Part shown: in pieces, positions 26,284 through 41,399 of the stretch
How positions within the stretch are numbered: the stretch's first letter is position 1
Layout of the letters: each line of letters starts with the position of its first letter
NCBI GenBank assembly: GCA_964016885.1
Contig: OZ024743.1
Span: forward strand, 31,868,001-31,932,000
DNA from: Eledone cirrhosa
Taxonomy: Eukaryota
Reading direction: 5' to 3'
Length of the DNA stretch: 64,000 nt
The notes under the pieces: model-generated
The model's input: the letters and a program-made list of their open reading frames with translations, nothing else
Database searches by the model: none
What the model was told of the DNA's origin: nothing
Translations under genes and position numbers: made by a program

Positions 26284-26691
26284 TATATAGAGAGAGAGAG
26301 AAAGAGAGATATATGTGTTCGTTTGTTTGACTGTTTGAGTGTTTGTCTCTTCTTATGTACTTAACACCATAGGAGCAATCATGTTCAAACTTCGTACGTC
26401 AAACTTCGTAGAGACAGGAATAGATTTTCCTTACACATGGACCTATATTCCTTTGTTTATATATTTGTCTGTGTTTAGAAAAGTAACGTTGGACGTCAAA
26501 TAGAGAATGATACAGAGATAAAGAAAGCGAGGAAAGTGGGCGGCACACGTTCAAACGTCCCTCCTTCTCTGTTTCGTTCAATCACCATATTAATCGTTAT
26601 CTATCAGCAGAAGCACATGTGCTCATACATTCTTTATATTACTTTCGGGTGATCATATTTACTTCATATTTAACCTGTGTGTGTATATATA

Positions 26692-26779
<88 letters not shown>

Positions 26780-26884
26780 ATGTATAATAAACAATACAAT
26801 ATAATTACCTATATATATATTTTTTTTGCCCGTTAAACTTTTGCCTTTCTTGAGGAGATGTTTCAAATATTTCACTATGTTTTA

Positions 26885-26962
26885 AATTGCCTTGTCTGAC
26901 GAATAAATGAGGACATTTCTTATATTCGTCTTATTCGGGAAACCTCTGGTAATGAGGTAATT
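26885..26962 (+). ncRNA. Candidate type I hammerhead ribozyme (family E)
   Basis: 11-bp stem I aattgccttgt/atgaggtaatt (with G-U pairs), CTGACGA, irregular stem II, GAAA, stem III ACC-tct-GGT, GUA site. Confidence 0.55.
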
Positions 26963-27061
26963 GTATTGTATTGTTTATTATACATTAAATTTAGTTCTGT
27001 AACTTACATAGAGCACTCTTCACTCCTATGACTTTTTCAATTTTCAACGGAAACTTCAATA

Positions 27062-27151
<90 letters not shown>

Positions 27152-27598
27152 TCATATCTTTTCGTGTGAGTGTAATATGCCACAAAGCAAAAGATGAATT
27201 AAGCAATTATGTTAACAATGAATGCACGCGGAGCGAAAGCGAAAGGGATAAAGGTGGCGAAGAAAGTGAGCGAAGTAAGTACTAAAAATAACATTTGTAA
27301 AACCTGTAATCTTTTTTGTGCATTCATTTCCGTTACTTATTTGCTGTTGTTTCCGAAACATAACTGAAATTTAACGCAGTAAGTCTTTATTTAACAAAAC
27401 ATGACTCGACTTAGATCCATCATTAACAGAAAAATTAAAAGTTTTGAGGTATATCATATTGACTTTGGAACCTGCAAGTATCCCACCGAAGAATAGACCT
27501 TCATAAAGATAAATATTCTGTAAACCGTTAATTCATAACTGAAGATAGTGTTCTATCTGTAATCTACTCCATATATATATATATAAAACACTTTCATA

Positions 27599-27691
<93 letters not shown>

Positions 27692-27784
27692 GCTCTTTCT
27701 CTTTCTCTTTCTTTAATCTCGACCAGTTTGGCATTATATGCACAAACATACACATACACACACATTCATACATTTATATATATA

Positions 27785-27833
<49 letters not shown>

Positions 27834-27837
<4 letters not shown>

Positions 27838-28373
27838 GGAAAAAATGAAATGAAATTTCATTTCTCACTCTTAGTCCGGCTGTTACTTAAATATAAGTAT
27901 GTACACGTACATACATATATGTATACAAACGTTAAGTAGTATGTATATATATATACATACATGCACACTAAGAGTGAGAAATGAAATTTAGTTTCATTTT
28001 TTCCATTTATCGTTTTCGGTGCGCCCGGCCGATTAACTCACTCGATATGCAAATTAGGCTGCTCAGCCGTTAATATGCATAAGGAAAGTATATACTTTCA
28101 GACGTTCAACCATCTAGCAGGAAGGTATACGGTGCTGACGATAACTAATAAGCTTGAAACTAGTACATCGTTCCTTAATCAGTGTTGAACAAAAGAGCAA
28201 CGATGGTTGCTAAACACTGTACGGCTTAATTCGGGATGTTTGTTTACAAACAAACCGAGCATTATAATAAATGCTCGGTAAATCCATACGTACATATTTA
28301 TATGTGTGCATGTATGTATATATATACTTACTACTGTAGGTCTGTATACATATATGTATGTACGTGTACATAC

Positions 28374-28380
<7 letters not shown>
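27834..28380 (+). repeat. Family D unit with an inverted 5' extension
   Basis: 27834-27885 is inverted relative to 27968-28010; body homologous to the 28750-29780 units. Confidence 0.75.
28130..28170 (+). ncRNA. Minimal type I hammerhead ribozyme (family D)
   Basis: cggtg CTGACGA taactaataagctt GAA ACTAGT A catcg; GUA site; weak stem II. Confidence 0.55.
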
Positions 28381-28415
<35 letters not shown>

Positions 28416-28627
28416 ATACATATGTGTGTGTAAGTGGGTGTATGGATATGTTTACATACATACATTATTACATATAAGTACATACGTATGGCTTATAATT
28501 GTCACTAAAGTTTTGTTTGCTTTTATACGTTAATACGAGTATCCAAAAGTAGCAACACGATGTAATAATGATTTTGATTTTCTTAAGGACATATCATAAT
28601 ATAATAACATAATGTATAATAAATTTG

Positions 28628-28752
<125 letters not shown>

Positions 28753-29072
28753 GGCTTAATTCGGGCTGTTTGTTTACAAACAGACCAAACATTATAATAA
28801 ATGTTCGGTAAACCCATACGTACATATATGTATGCGTGTACATGCATGTATGCGTGTATATACATACTACTGTAAGTATGTACGTATACATACTTATATT
28901 TAAGTATCAGCCGTACTAAGAGTGAGAAATAAAATTTCATTTTTTCCATTTATCGTTTTCGGTACGCCCGGCCGATTAACTCACTCGATATGCAAATTAG
29001 GCTGCTCAGCCGTTAATATGCATAAGGAAAGTATATACTTTCAAACGTTGAATCGACTGACAGGAAGGTATA

Positions 29073-29113
29073 CGGTGCTGATGACAGCTAATAAGCTAGA
29101 AACTAGTTCATCG
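29073..29113 (+). ncRNA. Minimal type I hammerhead ribozyme (family D)
   Basis: Stem I cggtg/catcg, CTGATGA, stem II c-AGCT-aata-AGCT-a, GAAA, palindromic ACTAGT, site GUU. Confidence 0.65.
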
Positions 29114-29477
29114 TTTGTCAGTGTTGAACAAAAGGGCAACGATGGTTGCCGAACACTGTACGGCTTAATTCGGGCTCTTTGTTTACCAACAAACTGACCA
29201 TTATAATAAATATTCGGTAAACCCATACGTACATATATATATATGTGTGCATACATGTATGTATATACATACTACTGTAAGTATGTACGTATACATACTT
29301 ATATTTAAGTATCAGCCGTACTAAGAGTGAGAAATAAAATTTCATTTTTTCCATTTATCGTTTTCGGTACGCCCGGCCGATTAACTCACTCGATATGCAA
29401 ATTCGGCTGCTCAGCCGTTAATATGCATAAGGAAAGTATATACTTTCAAACGTTGAATCGACTGACAGGAAGGTATA

Positions 29478-29518
29478 CGGTGCTGATGACAGCTAATAAG
29501 CTAGAAACTAGTTCATCG
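29478..29518 (+). ncRNA. Minimal type I hammerhead ribozyme (family D)
   Basis: Identical to 29073-29113, exactly 405 bp downstream. Confidence 0.65.
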
Positions 29519-29804
29519 TTTGTCAGTGTTGAACAAAAGGGCAACGATGGTTGCCGAACACTGTACGGCTTAATTCGGGCTGTTTGTTTACCAACAAACC
29601 GAACATTATAATAAATGTTCGGTAAACCCATACGTACATATATATATGTGTGTGCATGTATGTTTGTATATACATACTATTGTACGTCTGTATACTACTG
29701 TAAGTATTTACGTATACATACTTATATTTAAGTATCAGCCGTACTAAGAGTGAGAAATAAAATTTCATTTTTTCCATTTATAAATATATATTTATATATA
29801 TACA

Positions 29805-29869
29805 TATTTAGATGGTATTTCTAATATGGTGTGAAAATACATACAGGTACACAACCTCTATAGGCTTAC

Positions 29870-29953
<84 letters not shown>

Positions 29954-29961
29954 TATGTATA

Positions 29962-30002
<41 letters not shown>

Positions 30003-30116
30003 TTATACATATATTTATATATATATATGTGTGTGTGTCCGTGTGCGTGTTCTATGCCTATGGTGTTTGTGTATCTGTATGTATTCTCACACCATACTAT
30101 AAATACCATCCAAATC
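29805..30116. repeat. Imperfect inverted repeat (~65-bp arms) enclosing (CA)n/(TA)n
   Basis: gatggtattt..atggtgtgaaaatacatacag vs ctgtatgtattctcacaccat..aaataccatc. Confidence 0.7.
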
Positions 30117-30669
30117 TACAAAAGAAATTACACAGTCTATAATTTGAGTGGAAAAAACATGGGATGCTTACAGCTAAAACGCCTTTGATCATAGAGTGCT
30201 TGATCGGCACCAACCTACGGCGAAACAACTAGATTTACATCAATAATAATTAACTATATGTCTGTACATAAAACAAGGTATCATTACTGCAAGATCAAAA
30301 TATGATATAATATACTGAGAACATTGTCTTCCTTTATCAAGCGTGTACTTCATATCTCTTCTTACACACGCACACTCTCGCATACACACACACTCAAACA
30401 CAAACTGACATACACGCACACACATACATACACATATACGCATCCGACACAGAACATGGCGGTGTGATGATAATGGACAGTGGCCCCTGGAGACAACTCG
30501 TCCATGGATCTCAGGGATTTTCCCGCCTTATATATATATATATATATATAATGCAATGAAATATCTATGATCGTCGGCAAATCACTGATGAGGGACTCAT
30601 TTTATTACATGTTATCCATGCGCTACCTGCAGTATTTTTCTCCATATTTTATTATATATATATATATAT

Positions 30670-31563
<894 letters not shown>

Positions 31564-31567
<4 letters not shown>

Positions 31568-32116
31568 GTAATTTACTACACAAAACAAAGGTTATAGAGA
31601 AAATTGAGGTTGGTAATGGCACATGGAATATATAAGAGACAGAATACTTTTTTGTGAAAAAACATATAATTTTATAAGGTAAGGAAATAATAAAGGGTAT
31701 AAAAAATGACCGGTTTCGATGGGTCTGCAAAAGCTATCTTTTCAAATGTTGATTAATATTAAGAAAAATTAATAATAAGAAGAGTTAAAATTTGAGATTT
31801 GCAAATTCAAGTATAAAATTCATTGTGGGATTTCACAGTAGTTTTCATCTTGGTAGCAGCTCGTTGACTGCTGGGTGCCTTTCTGGTAGTGAATGAGAAG
31901 TTATTTGGGGGTGTGGGTTATTTTATAAAGGTCAAATTTAGCAATGGCCAGATGGCCTGCTGCTGGTCAGTGAGGGGGTGGAAGCAATATACATACATAT
32001 ATCTTCCTGTGGTAGGTAGGAGAGGGGAGATTGATAGAAAGGGATTTAGTGCACTTACACCTATATATACACACATACCTTCATCCACACATACATACAT
32101 ATACATATACATACAC

Positions 32117-32178
<62 letters not shown>

Positions 32179-32226
32179 CGTCCCTTAACGCACAAGGCGC
32201 CAAGGTACGCATTTATATATATACGC

Positions 32227-32266
<40 letters not shown>

Positions 32267-32432
32267 ATACATATACACACGTACATACACACACACATAC
32301 ATATATATACACACACACATACACACACACATATATGCACAAACACACACATATATATATATACACACACACATATATATACATACACATACATCCAGAT
32401 ACACACATACATACACACACACACACACACAT

Positions 32433-32475
<43 letters not shown>

Positions 32476-33439
32476 TGTACATACACATATATACACACAT
32501 ATACATACACATATATATACACACACACCCCCACACATACAGACACACACACACATATATACACATACACACACATATATATACACACACACACACCTAT
32601 ATATATACACATACGCATACATCCAGATACACACATACATACACACACACGCACACACAATGCATACATCCACATATACACACATACACACACACACACA
32701 CATATACACACACATACACCCACACACAGAGAAATGGCCTCCAACTATATATATATACATACACATATATTTTTTCCATAATATAAGAAGTTAGGACAGT
32801 GAAATTAAAATACAAGTCATTCTGATCATATTGAGTTCTTCATGTAGATTGGGCCCCGCAACCGACAGTGGTGAATTCTGTGTGCGCATATATATATAGA
32901 CATATGTGTGTGCACGTGCAGGGTCTAACATGGATGTGTTGGTCACACAAAGGCATGGTCTGTCAACGAATAAACATGATTCTACAGAATTGGTCTCTGG
33001 TCTTTAATAGTAGTTATAATTATATACATGCACACATACAAACACATATATCTGTCACTCCGTGCGTATGTGTGTTTATATTTTATGACAATTCTATTGG
33101 GGTGATAACCCGTTTAGTTTTGGTTTAAATTTGTTAAGGAATAGATTTTCTTTGTTTATTCTTTGTAGCTGTGTGAAAGAATCTGAGCACTTGTAGAAGG
33201 GGAAGATTTTAAAGTTGGGTAGTGTCATTCCTGCGCAGTTCGCAATATGGCTGCTCAAGAGGATTTTTCTTGTGCTAGCGTCCCGGATTTGTTGGCGGTG
33301 GAAGGTCATTCTTTTGCGTAATGAGATGACCGTCTGTCCTATGTAGTTGTGTTTGCGGTGGGTGCAAACATATATGTGTGTGTGTATGTGTGTGTGTATA
33401 TATATGTATGTGTGTGTGTATGTACGTGTGTATATGTAT

Positions 33440-33505
<66 letters not shown>

Positions 33506-34026
33506 ATATATGTGTATGTATATGTATATGTATGTATGTGTGGATGAAGGTATGTGTGTATATATAGGTGTAAGTGCACTAAATCCCATTCTATCAATCT
33601 CCCCTCTCCTACCTACCACAGGAAGATATATGTATGTATATTGCTTCCACCCCCTCACTGACCAGCAGCTGGCCATCTGGCCATTGCTAAATTTGACCTT
33701 TATAAAATAACCCACACACCCAAATAACTTCTCATTCACTACCAGAAAGGCACCCAGCAGTCAACGAGCTGCTACCAAGATGAAAACTACTGTGAAATCC
33801 CACAATGAATTTTATACTTGAATTTTCAAATCTCAAATTTTAACTCTTATTATTAATTTTTCTTAATATTAATCAACATTTGAAAAGATGGCTTTTGCAG
33901 ACCCATCGAACCCGGTCATTTTTTATACCCTTTATTATTTCCTTACCTTATAAAATGATATGTTTTTTCACAAAAAAGTATTCTGTCTCTTATATATTCC
34001 ATGCGCCATTACCAACCTCAATTTTC

Positions 34027-34029
<3 letters not shown>
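31564..34029 (-). mobile_element. 5'-truncated Penelope-like insertion: pLTR + GIY-YIG tip + inverted pLTR
   Basis: 31601-33360 matches 59461-61065; 33094-33360 encodes HNYIGQT..LRKRM..H..KENLFL; 33370-34029 is an inverted copy of 31598-32330; ~35-bp unpaired tail 31564-31597. Confidence 0.88.
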
Positions 34030-34059
<30 letters not shown>

Positions 34060-34079
34060 GTGTGTGTGTGTATGTATGT

Positions 34080-34148
<69 letters not shown>

Positions 34149-34764
34149 GACACAGTTCAAGAGTAACCAATCTTAAAGAGAGAGATGGAGATAAGTGAGG
34201 AGATAGCAGAGGAGAGATTGGTGACTTAGTTAGAAGCCAAAGCGTAAAGGCATGTGCTCAATGTGCAATATGCAGTGGAATGCAGCTAGATGACTGGGTT
34301 CATGCAGAGGTTAGGCGCGCAGAGCTGGAAATATTCATTAGTTAAGCAAAACAAGACCACAAATCTCACAAGGAAGACATTATTAAAAGATTGTCAACAT
34401 ATTTTAGTTTGATGTAAGGAATGTAGAGAATAATAATAATAATAATATTAATAATAATAATGTCCGTTTACAATTGTATCGCTACTCCATATAATATTTC
34501 TGGATCAAATGATTATATATCATTATTGATCTGGTTCAGTTGAAAATAATTAACATAATTAAAGATAGAGCGGCTCATCGGAACTTCAAAAGAATATAAA
34601 TTAAAATAAGGAGATAATGTTACATAATGTAGTGTTCCCTATATTGGTATTTCACTATGCAGCCTCGACAGAAGAATACTGCTTGATTATGGCAGACAAT
34701 TGATACACCCAGGACACCATAGTGAAATACCAATATATGGAACATTACTTTATGTAACATTCTT

Positions 34765-35826
34765 CCTCGACAGTGATCAGGTGTGGTCGCCGTTTGCTAG
34801 ACGCTTCTTTCCCCAGCTCGTCTCCTTGACGAATCTGTAGTCCTGGGTCAAGCGAAGACCGAGAGGGAGCGCTTGGAGACTGGAATGTCTTCAGGCGCTC
34901 ACAGCCCTCGACCAATAGGGCAATGTGATCGGTGGAAACTCCACCTTGGCGTTCTATAGAGGATTAGTGGAGGAGAAGAGCGACGACGTACTTGGGGAAA
35001 CTCTAGGCGTCGACGAAAATCAACTAGCCAATCTCTTCGGAAGAACTTTCGGGCCGGGGCCTATGGACAACTTCCAGAAATCCCTGGCCTGGCAGTGCCA
35101 CCGAGGAGCTTTGCCAGTTCGGGATAAACTCTACAGGCATGGAGGTGCCATCAGCCGGGCATGTCCGAGATGCGCGCAGGGCGACGAAACAGTCCTGCAC
35201 GCACTCCTCCAGTGTCCAAGCATTGCTGATTTGTGGGTTTATGTCGAACACCTGCTGTCGCGTGGAGGACGGCTCCAGCTATCAGCTGAGTCCATCGTGA
35301 GGCTTCCCCGCCCTCTTCCTTTAGCCGGGAAGGGCAGGCAGTGTTTATCTGTCTGGTGGCGATGGCGAAAGAGATAGTATGGTGGACACGTTTGAAAGGG
35401 CTGAAGACGAGCACTTACCTCTTCGGTGATGCCCTGATTAACTTTTTCAAATTTCATATACAAAGAAAAATCAGGGTAAAAAGGGAAGTACTCTCTTCCC
35501 AGCATTTTGTTGAAAGATGGGTGAGAGAGGCAAGAATGGCCCGAGTGAATGGGCCTACTCTGAGTATGTGTCTTTAAATTAAAGGCGGAAAACTGGGAGA
35601 GGGCACTTGCCCTGGTGGTCAGGGTCACTGTGTCTTTTTATGGGCTTTCTCCACGAATGTCCCTCGGAAGTATCCCCCCTATTGGGGAATTTTTTATTGT
35701 TCTATTATTACATCCTCTGTTTCTTGTTTTTTACACGCAGAAATGCCCATTTGTACCGTCCTGTATTGTCCTGTACTGTCCTTAATGTCTACTTTATGTA
35801 AACATTTGTGGTTAATAAAGAAAGCA
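34765..35826 (+). mobile_element. 5'-truncated copy of the Tx1-like LINE with a 15-bp TSD
   Basis: Highly similar to the reverse complement of 16969-18070; TSD ttatgtaacattctt at 34750-34764 and 35827-35841. Confidence 0.9.
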
Positions 35827-35870
35827 TTATGTAACATTCTTTCCTTTATTTTAATTTATATTCTTTTGAA

Positions 35871-35989
35871 GTTCCGATGAGCCGCTCTATCTTTAATTAT
35901 GTTAATTATTTTCAACTGAAACAGATTAATAATTATATATAGTCATTTGATCCAGAAATATTATATGGAGTAGTGAAACAATTGTAAAC
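35871..35989 (+). ncRNA. Candidate variant hammerhead (CCGAUGA core, long stem II insertion)
   Basis: gtt CCGATGA GCCGCTCTAT ...~75 nt... ATGGAGTAGT GAA ACAATTGT A aac; palindromic stem III, GUA site. Confidence 0.4.
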
Positions 35990-36114
35990 GGACATTATTA
36001 TTATTAATATTATCACTATTATTCTCTACATTCCTTACAACAAACTAAAATATGTTGACAATCTTTTAATAATGTCTACCTTGTGAAATTTGTGGTTTTG
36101 TTTTGCTTAACTAA

Positions 36115-36238
<124 letters not shown>

Positions 36239-36278
36239 CGATATTAATAAATGGAAACTATATTTATAAAACCCTATT

Positions 36279-36343
36279 TATTTCATTATACATATTTCAG
36301 TGATACCAAATTAAATTATGGTATGCCTTCATCAGACAAAATA
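36279..36343 (-). ncRNA. Type I hammerhead ribozyme
   Basis: tattttgt CTGATGA aggc ATACCA-taatttaatt-TGGTAT cact GAA ATATGTAT A atgaaata; AUA site. Confidence 0.6.
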
Positions 36344-36430
36344 CAATATATAACAGTTTTACAAATAAGCTTTGACGTACCCTATTAAAATGCAACCATT
36401 ATTTTTGGAAGCCATCCATATATATATATA

Positions 36431-36497
<67 letters not shown>

Positions 36498-36604
36498 GTG
36501 TGTGCGTGTGTGTGTGCGTTTGCGTGTGTGATCCCGGGTTCAATCGGGGATAACAACAGTAAGGTAAACATTTCATAGTAGAGTATATAAAATATTTAAT
36601 ATGG

Positions 36605-36711
36605 AAATGGCTTTTACAGGACTAGAACTGTTTCATAGGAAGGAAATCATTAGGAAAGCTTTCCTGATGATTCCTACCAATGAAATATTCTAGTCCTGTA
36701 GAAGACATTTA
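36605..36711. repeat. Imperfect spacerless palindrome centred on aggaaag|ctttcct
   Basis: Arms tacaggactagaa / ttctagtcctgta. Confidence 0.75.
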
Positions 36712-36769
36712 TATCATTTATATATATAATTAGGATTTAGCTTCGTGCATAGCTGTATATAGATATGTA

Positions 36770-37441
36770 TTGCAATTTCCTATTTCTAAAGAAATACGGT
36801 ATGTTTACAAATAAAAATTTAGGAATCCATAGCTATGCAAAGATACAAGCGGCTATCGCCACCTGGCAGTGTCCATCAGAACGAACAGGGACAATCGTAG
36901 ATGCGCATTTTGAACTGAACTAATTCTCGTCAGGACGTTCCCTCACCCTCTTGCCACTGTTGGACTTTGAAAACGGGCGAGTATATATAATGTTCTCGTC
37001 TGTGTAAATGAGGTGATTAATCTCTTTTGCATATAAAGCTGTATAAGTTGGCACAAATTATAATAGAATAGAATTAGGATTTAGCTTTGAGCATAGCTGT
37101 ATACAGATATGTATTGAAGTTTCGCTCTTGCCACTGTTGGACTTTGAAAACAGGCAAGAGCCAACTTATACCGCTTCATATGCAAATGAGATTAATCATC
37201 CTATTTACACCGACGAGAAAACTATATATTCTCGCCTGTTTTCAAAGTGCACCAGTGGAAAAAGCGAGTGGAATCGTCCTGACGAGGACATGGTCAGTTC
37301 GAAATGCATCGACAATTGTCCTCTTTGCTGCTGCTGGACACGGCTAGGTGGCTATAGCCGCTGGTAGTTTTGGGTAGCTACGCCTTCCTAAACGTTTATT
37401 AGTAAAAATACCATATTTCTTTAGAAATACGAAATTCCAAT
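36770..37441. repeat. Diverged fold-back element (arms ~36770-37053 and ~37159-37441)
   Basis: For example atttctaaagaaata vs tatttctttagaaat, and tataagttggc vs gccaacttata. Confidence 0.75.
37272..37317 (+). ncRNA. Minimal type I hammerhead ribozyme
   Basis: aatcgtc CTGACGA GGAC-atggtca-GTTC GAA ATGCAT C gacaatt; full canonical core, palindromic stem III, AUC site; degenerate mirror copy at ~36892-36938 (-). Confidence 0.75.
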
Positions 37442-39526
37442 ATATATACACACACACACATATATATATATATATATTAAATTATATTATATTATATTAT
37501 ATTATATTATATTATATTATATCGTTTATAAGTCGTGTGTAAACGTTAAATTCTGAAAGGTCTAATCAAAATGAAAGCAGTTGATGCGAAATAAATCTTT
37601 CTAAACAGTGCCGTTATATTCTATTAGCATTTTTATTTCCCATAATTTAAGAAATCAACTAATTTAAATATCTGAAATGGCAATAATTATTTTAAAATTA
37701 CATTCACTTTTTTCTTTATTTTTCTATTTTCTTTTCACAAAATTTATTTCCGTGAAATATATATTTTACTCCCTTTAAGAAATATTGATAAATTATTTTT
37801 CCACTTTTATGATTTTTGTGGTTCAAATACCAGATGTTATATTAACTGAACAACACTGTAATCCCTTATTAAATCAGCATTATGTTTCAATATATCATAC
37901 ACTTGACAATGTAGATTTGATAACAGTAGCAATTACTGAGAAATCTAGTTTTCGTTGGAATGGTGTTTAAACAAATTACATCAACATTATTCTTCTCGAA
38001 TCAAGCATAAAATAATTAATCAAACTTAATATTATCAAATCCACAATTAGGATAAAGAATCTGTAGAGCACCGGAGAAGTCGCCATTCCGTATTTTACCG
38101 TCCTGATGTCAAATACCGCTGAAGTCAGTTTTGCTTTTCATCACTCCGATATTGATAAAGTAATTATCAGTTATGTACTGAGAACGAATATTCATTCTCA
38201 CTAAAATATTTAGCCTTGTACCTAGAGAAAACCAATACGTCTCTAATAAAAGCACGATATTTGTTGAAAAGGAAATTATGATTCTGTTATCTAATAATGG
38301 GCTGATTATTAACATTATCTTTTCGGCTTTACTCTATAACTATACACACATACAGTTTTTTGCTAAGCGTAAGACACGGCTTACTTAGACTTGAGCTTTG
38401 GATTATTTATAATAATTTGTAAAAACATCATGTTTGCAAGTGTTCGGGTACATCATCCACATTTATATAATATATGGAATCCATTAGAAATAATCAATCT
38501 TTATGTAAAACAAAGCAAATAAATTCAGACTAACTGTTTGTTTTATTTCGGCTTTCCTCCCATCTTATTCTTTAAATATCATAAATATCATAAAACCAAG
38601 TTTCTAGAGCGTTTATTTTAACTGTAATTTTCTATATATAAATAAATTTCTCTAGAATATATAGCGAACAAATCTTGGTATCCTATGTGTACCGAAAAAA
38701 CCTTGTTTGGTCTGTAGCTTAAGAACTACAAGCATATTTATTACTTTAGTGTTAATGATATAAATATTATTCTCTTTGAGTAGAATGTGAACTAATTTCA
38801 TCTCTCCAGAGATTGATAATGTTGTACAGGTGATATATGCAAGTTGATTTAAAGCACTATAAGAACATAAGACAGATCTTAGTTTTCGTTTCGTCAGAAG
38901 GCAACACTGCCATACTTGAGAACATTTTGAAATACAATGTTTCTTATAAATATTTGATTGCAGTCTAAATTAGAAATATATATTTGACAGAAAGCTATAC
39001 ATTATCATTTGAAATTATAAGGGGGTTTTAAGTCTACCTGTTAAGTGTTTCACTTGCCAAGCAATCTATATACCTACATTACCATATTCTATGTGCTTAC
39101 CATTTGTAAAGTATAGTGTTTTGTATGAAGACAAGAATATCTAACTATTGGACTCTCCGTCGGTCTCGACGATGCACATATAGGTGTTCTGCTAGATGAA
39201 TTCCCACTGGCGTATTAACGTGGACACGGCAGATTATCTCATAGAAATATGTACCGTTAAAATAATTTTCAGGCCAAATCACCATAATAAAATGTGACGT
39301 AAATGGACAGCTGAATTACAAGTACCATCCGGGAATTACAAGTAAAAGCCATCAGAAATTACTAATATTTGACTGGTACTTTATTCATCGACCAGGAAAA
39401 GACGAAAGACAGTTCACCTGACTGATGGTTTAAATCAGAAAGCAGAGAGCAACTTATTATATATGACGACCAAATGACTGCTAATTCACCGTTTTAATCT
39501 AATGATTAAGAAATAGCCAAACCGAA

Positions 39527-39625
<99 letters not shown>

Positions 39626-41250
39626 AGAAGAAAGAGCATCGTTCAGTATGTCAAATATGCGCACTACTTTTCTGATAAAATCTAATATCTAGATATAATG
39701 ATTGAACGCTTGCCATAATCGAATTACCGTAATTTGCTATTTCTTGGGGCTAAGCTATAGTCAATAATATATATCTAGAAACATGGACTTTAGAGAACAT
39801 CTCATATATAATACAATAGTTTAAAAAATATTCTAAATAAATAAAATGATTATTAATAAAAAAAAATAAATAGTGGTATTATTATGAAATTATATGATTA
39901 TAATAGCAAGATTATGTGATAGATTAGTCTGTGATGAACCAAATTTTGGTTATGGTATCTCATAGATGATTTTACAACTCTCTAGTCAATTTAAAATGGG
40001 AAAATAGAATATTTTTCTTTTTTATGTCAGTTTGTGTATTTTAAGTGTTCTTTCTTTCATTAATTTCATTTTTTTTCCTATCAGATTAAATAATATAAAT
40101 TTGTCTCTCTCATACTGTGAAATAAAAGTATATGGAAAGCCTAATACCAACAAGCACAGTAAAAACAACTAGAAAAACAACAATATAAACAGCTAAAACC
40201 ACAACAACACCAAGACAAAAGCAAAAAAAAAATGTTTTTAAAACAATAACAGTGACAGCAACTACAATAAAAACGACGGCAAACAACACACCCTCAACTT
40301 CATTGCTGTAACTATGAGGTGATGAAAAATATAACAAGAAATAAAAAACTGATACAAATAAATAGCAACAAAACAGAAGAATGTTGAGAAAGAAGTTCAC
40401 TTCCAAACTCCACCGAATACTCTCCCATTAAAAACTTTATCAGAATTTTAAATGACGTTAAAAAGTCAATTCCCATGTGACGTGGGAACTTTCTTGAATA
40501 GAGCGAACAATAAGCATTTAAAAAAATCTTTGATGGAAGTTTTACCCATCGTTTTCATAGACGAAGATCTATGGATATATTAAGAGTTAATTCTAAGGAT
40601 GCGGATGACAAGGTGACCCTGACAACATTATCACTGAATTTGGTCTTGCTGACCATCAGCTAGACAGAGTATTCTAGTATTCGCGCTTCTGCTCAATGGT
40701 TATGTGACTCATACATCATTCAGTCAGCCAGGATCGACGCGATGAAAATGATTTTCACTTCTTTTTTCCGAAAAGTCTACATCTTGAGGTACGCATGTTT
40801 TTTTATGGATGTGACTGGTAAACCGGCAGTTAGTATTTAACACGATTAATGGCCGTTTGTGCTTTTGCTGGAACTGGCTGGCCGGAAACACGAACCTTCT
40901 GCTCATTAGTACTATTAGTGAATAGGAAGGTTTCTTAGACGCTCACTGGTATTGTTTCGGAATATCTTGTAGCACAGGGTTTGTAAAAGCTTTACAAACC
41001 TGGAAGTATTATTGTGAAAATAGAAAAGCCCTACAGCTGGTGTATTTATCTAGTTAATGGATAAAGATTTTTTAGGGTATTTACAATTTCGGCTGGCTAA
41101 CAAGACCAGCTACGTTTGTGATCTTTGTAGGCAATTGAAAATGGGTCAAAATAAGTGAAGTTGTTAAGTGGGAGAGAACATCTCTCTGATATAAGATATT
41201 AGAATGGAATAAATAAAACCTAGAAAATAATTAAATATAAAAGGCAATGG

Positions 41251-41323
41251 ATTAGCAGTGCAATAGTCAACAGATTAGCAGTGCAATAGTCAACAGATTA
41301 ACAGTGCAATAGTCAACAGATTA
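41251..41323. repeat. 23-bp minisatellite x3
   Basis: attagcagtgcaatagtcaacag repeated. Confidence 0.9.
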
Positions 41324-41399
41324 AAAGTGGCGATGAGAGCAAAAGTTTAAAAAGATGATTGGTTATTTCTTCGAAGAAGTAAATCTCAGAGAATGCACG

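Noticed and set aside
30584-30600. CTGATGAG core
   Set aside because: No downstream stem II-GAAA or stem I partner
36664-36700. CTGATGA..GAAA..GTC in the palindrome
   Set aside because: Stems I and II do not pair; at best a decayed motif
41251-41323. CRISPR-like short repeats
   Set aside because: Contiguous tandem copies without spacers, in eukaryotic context with no cas genes
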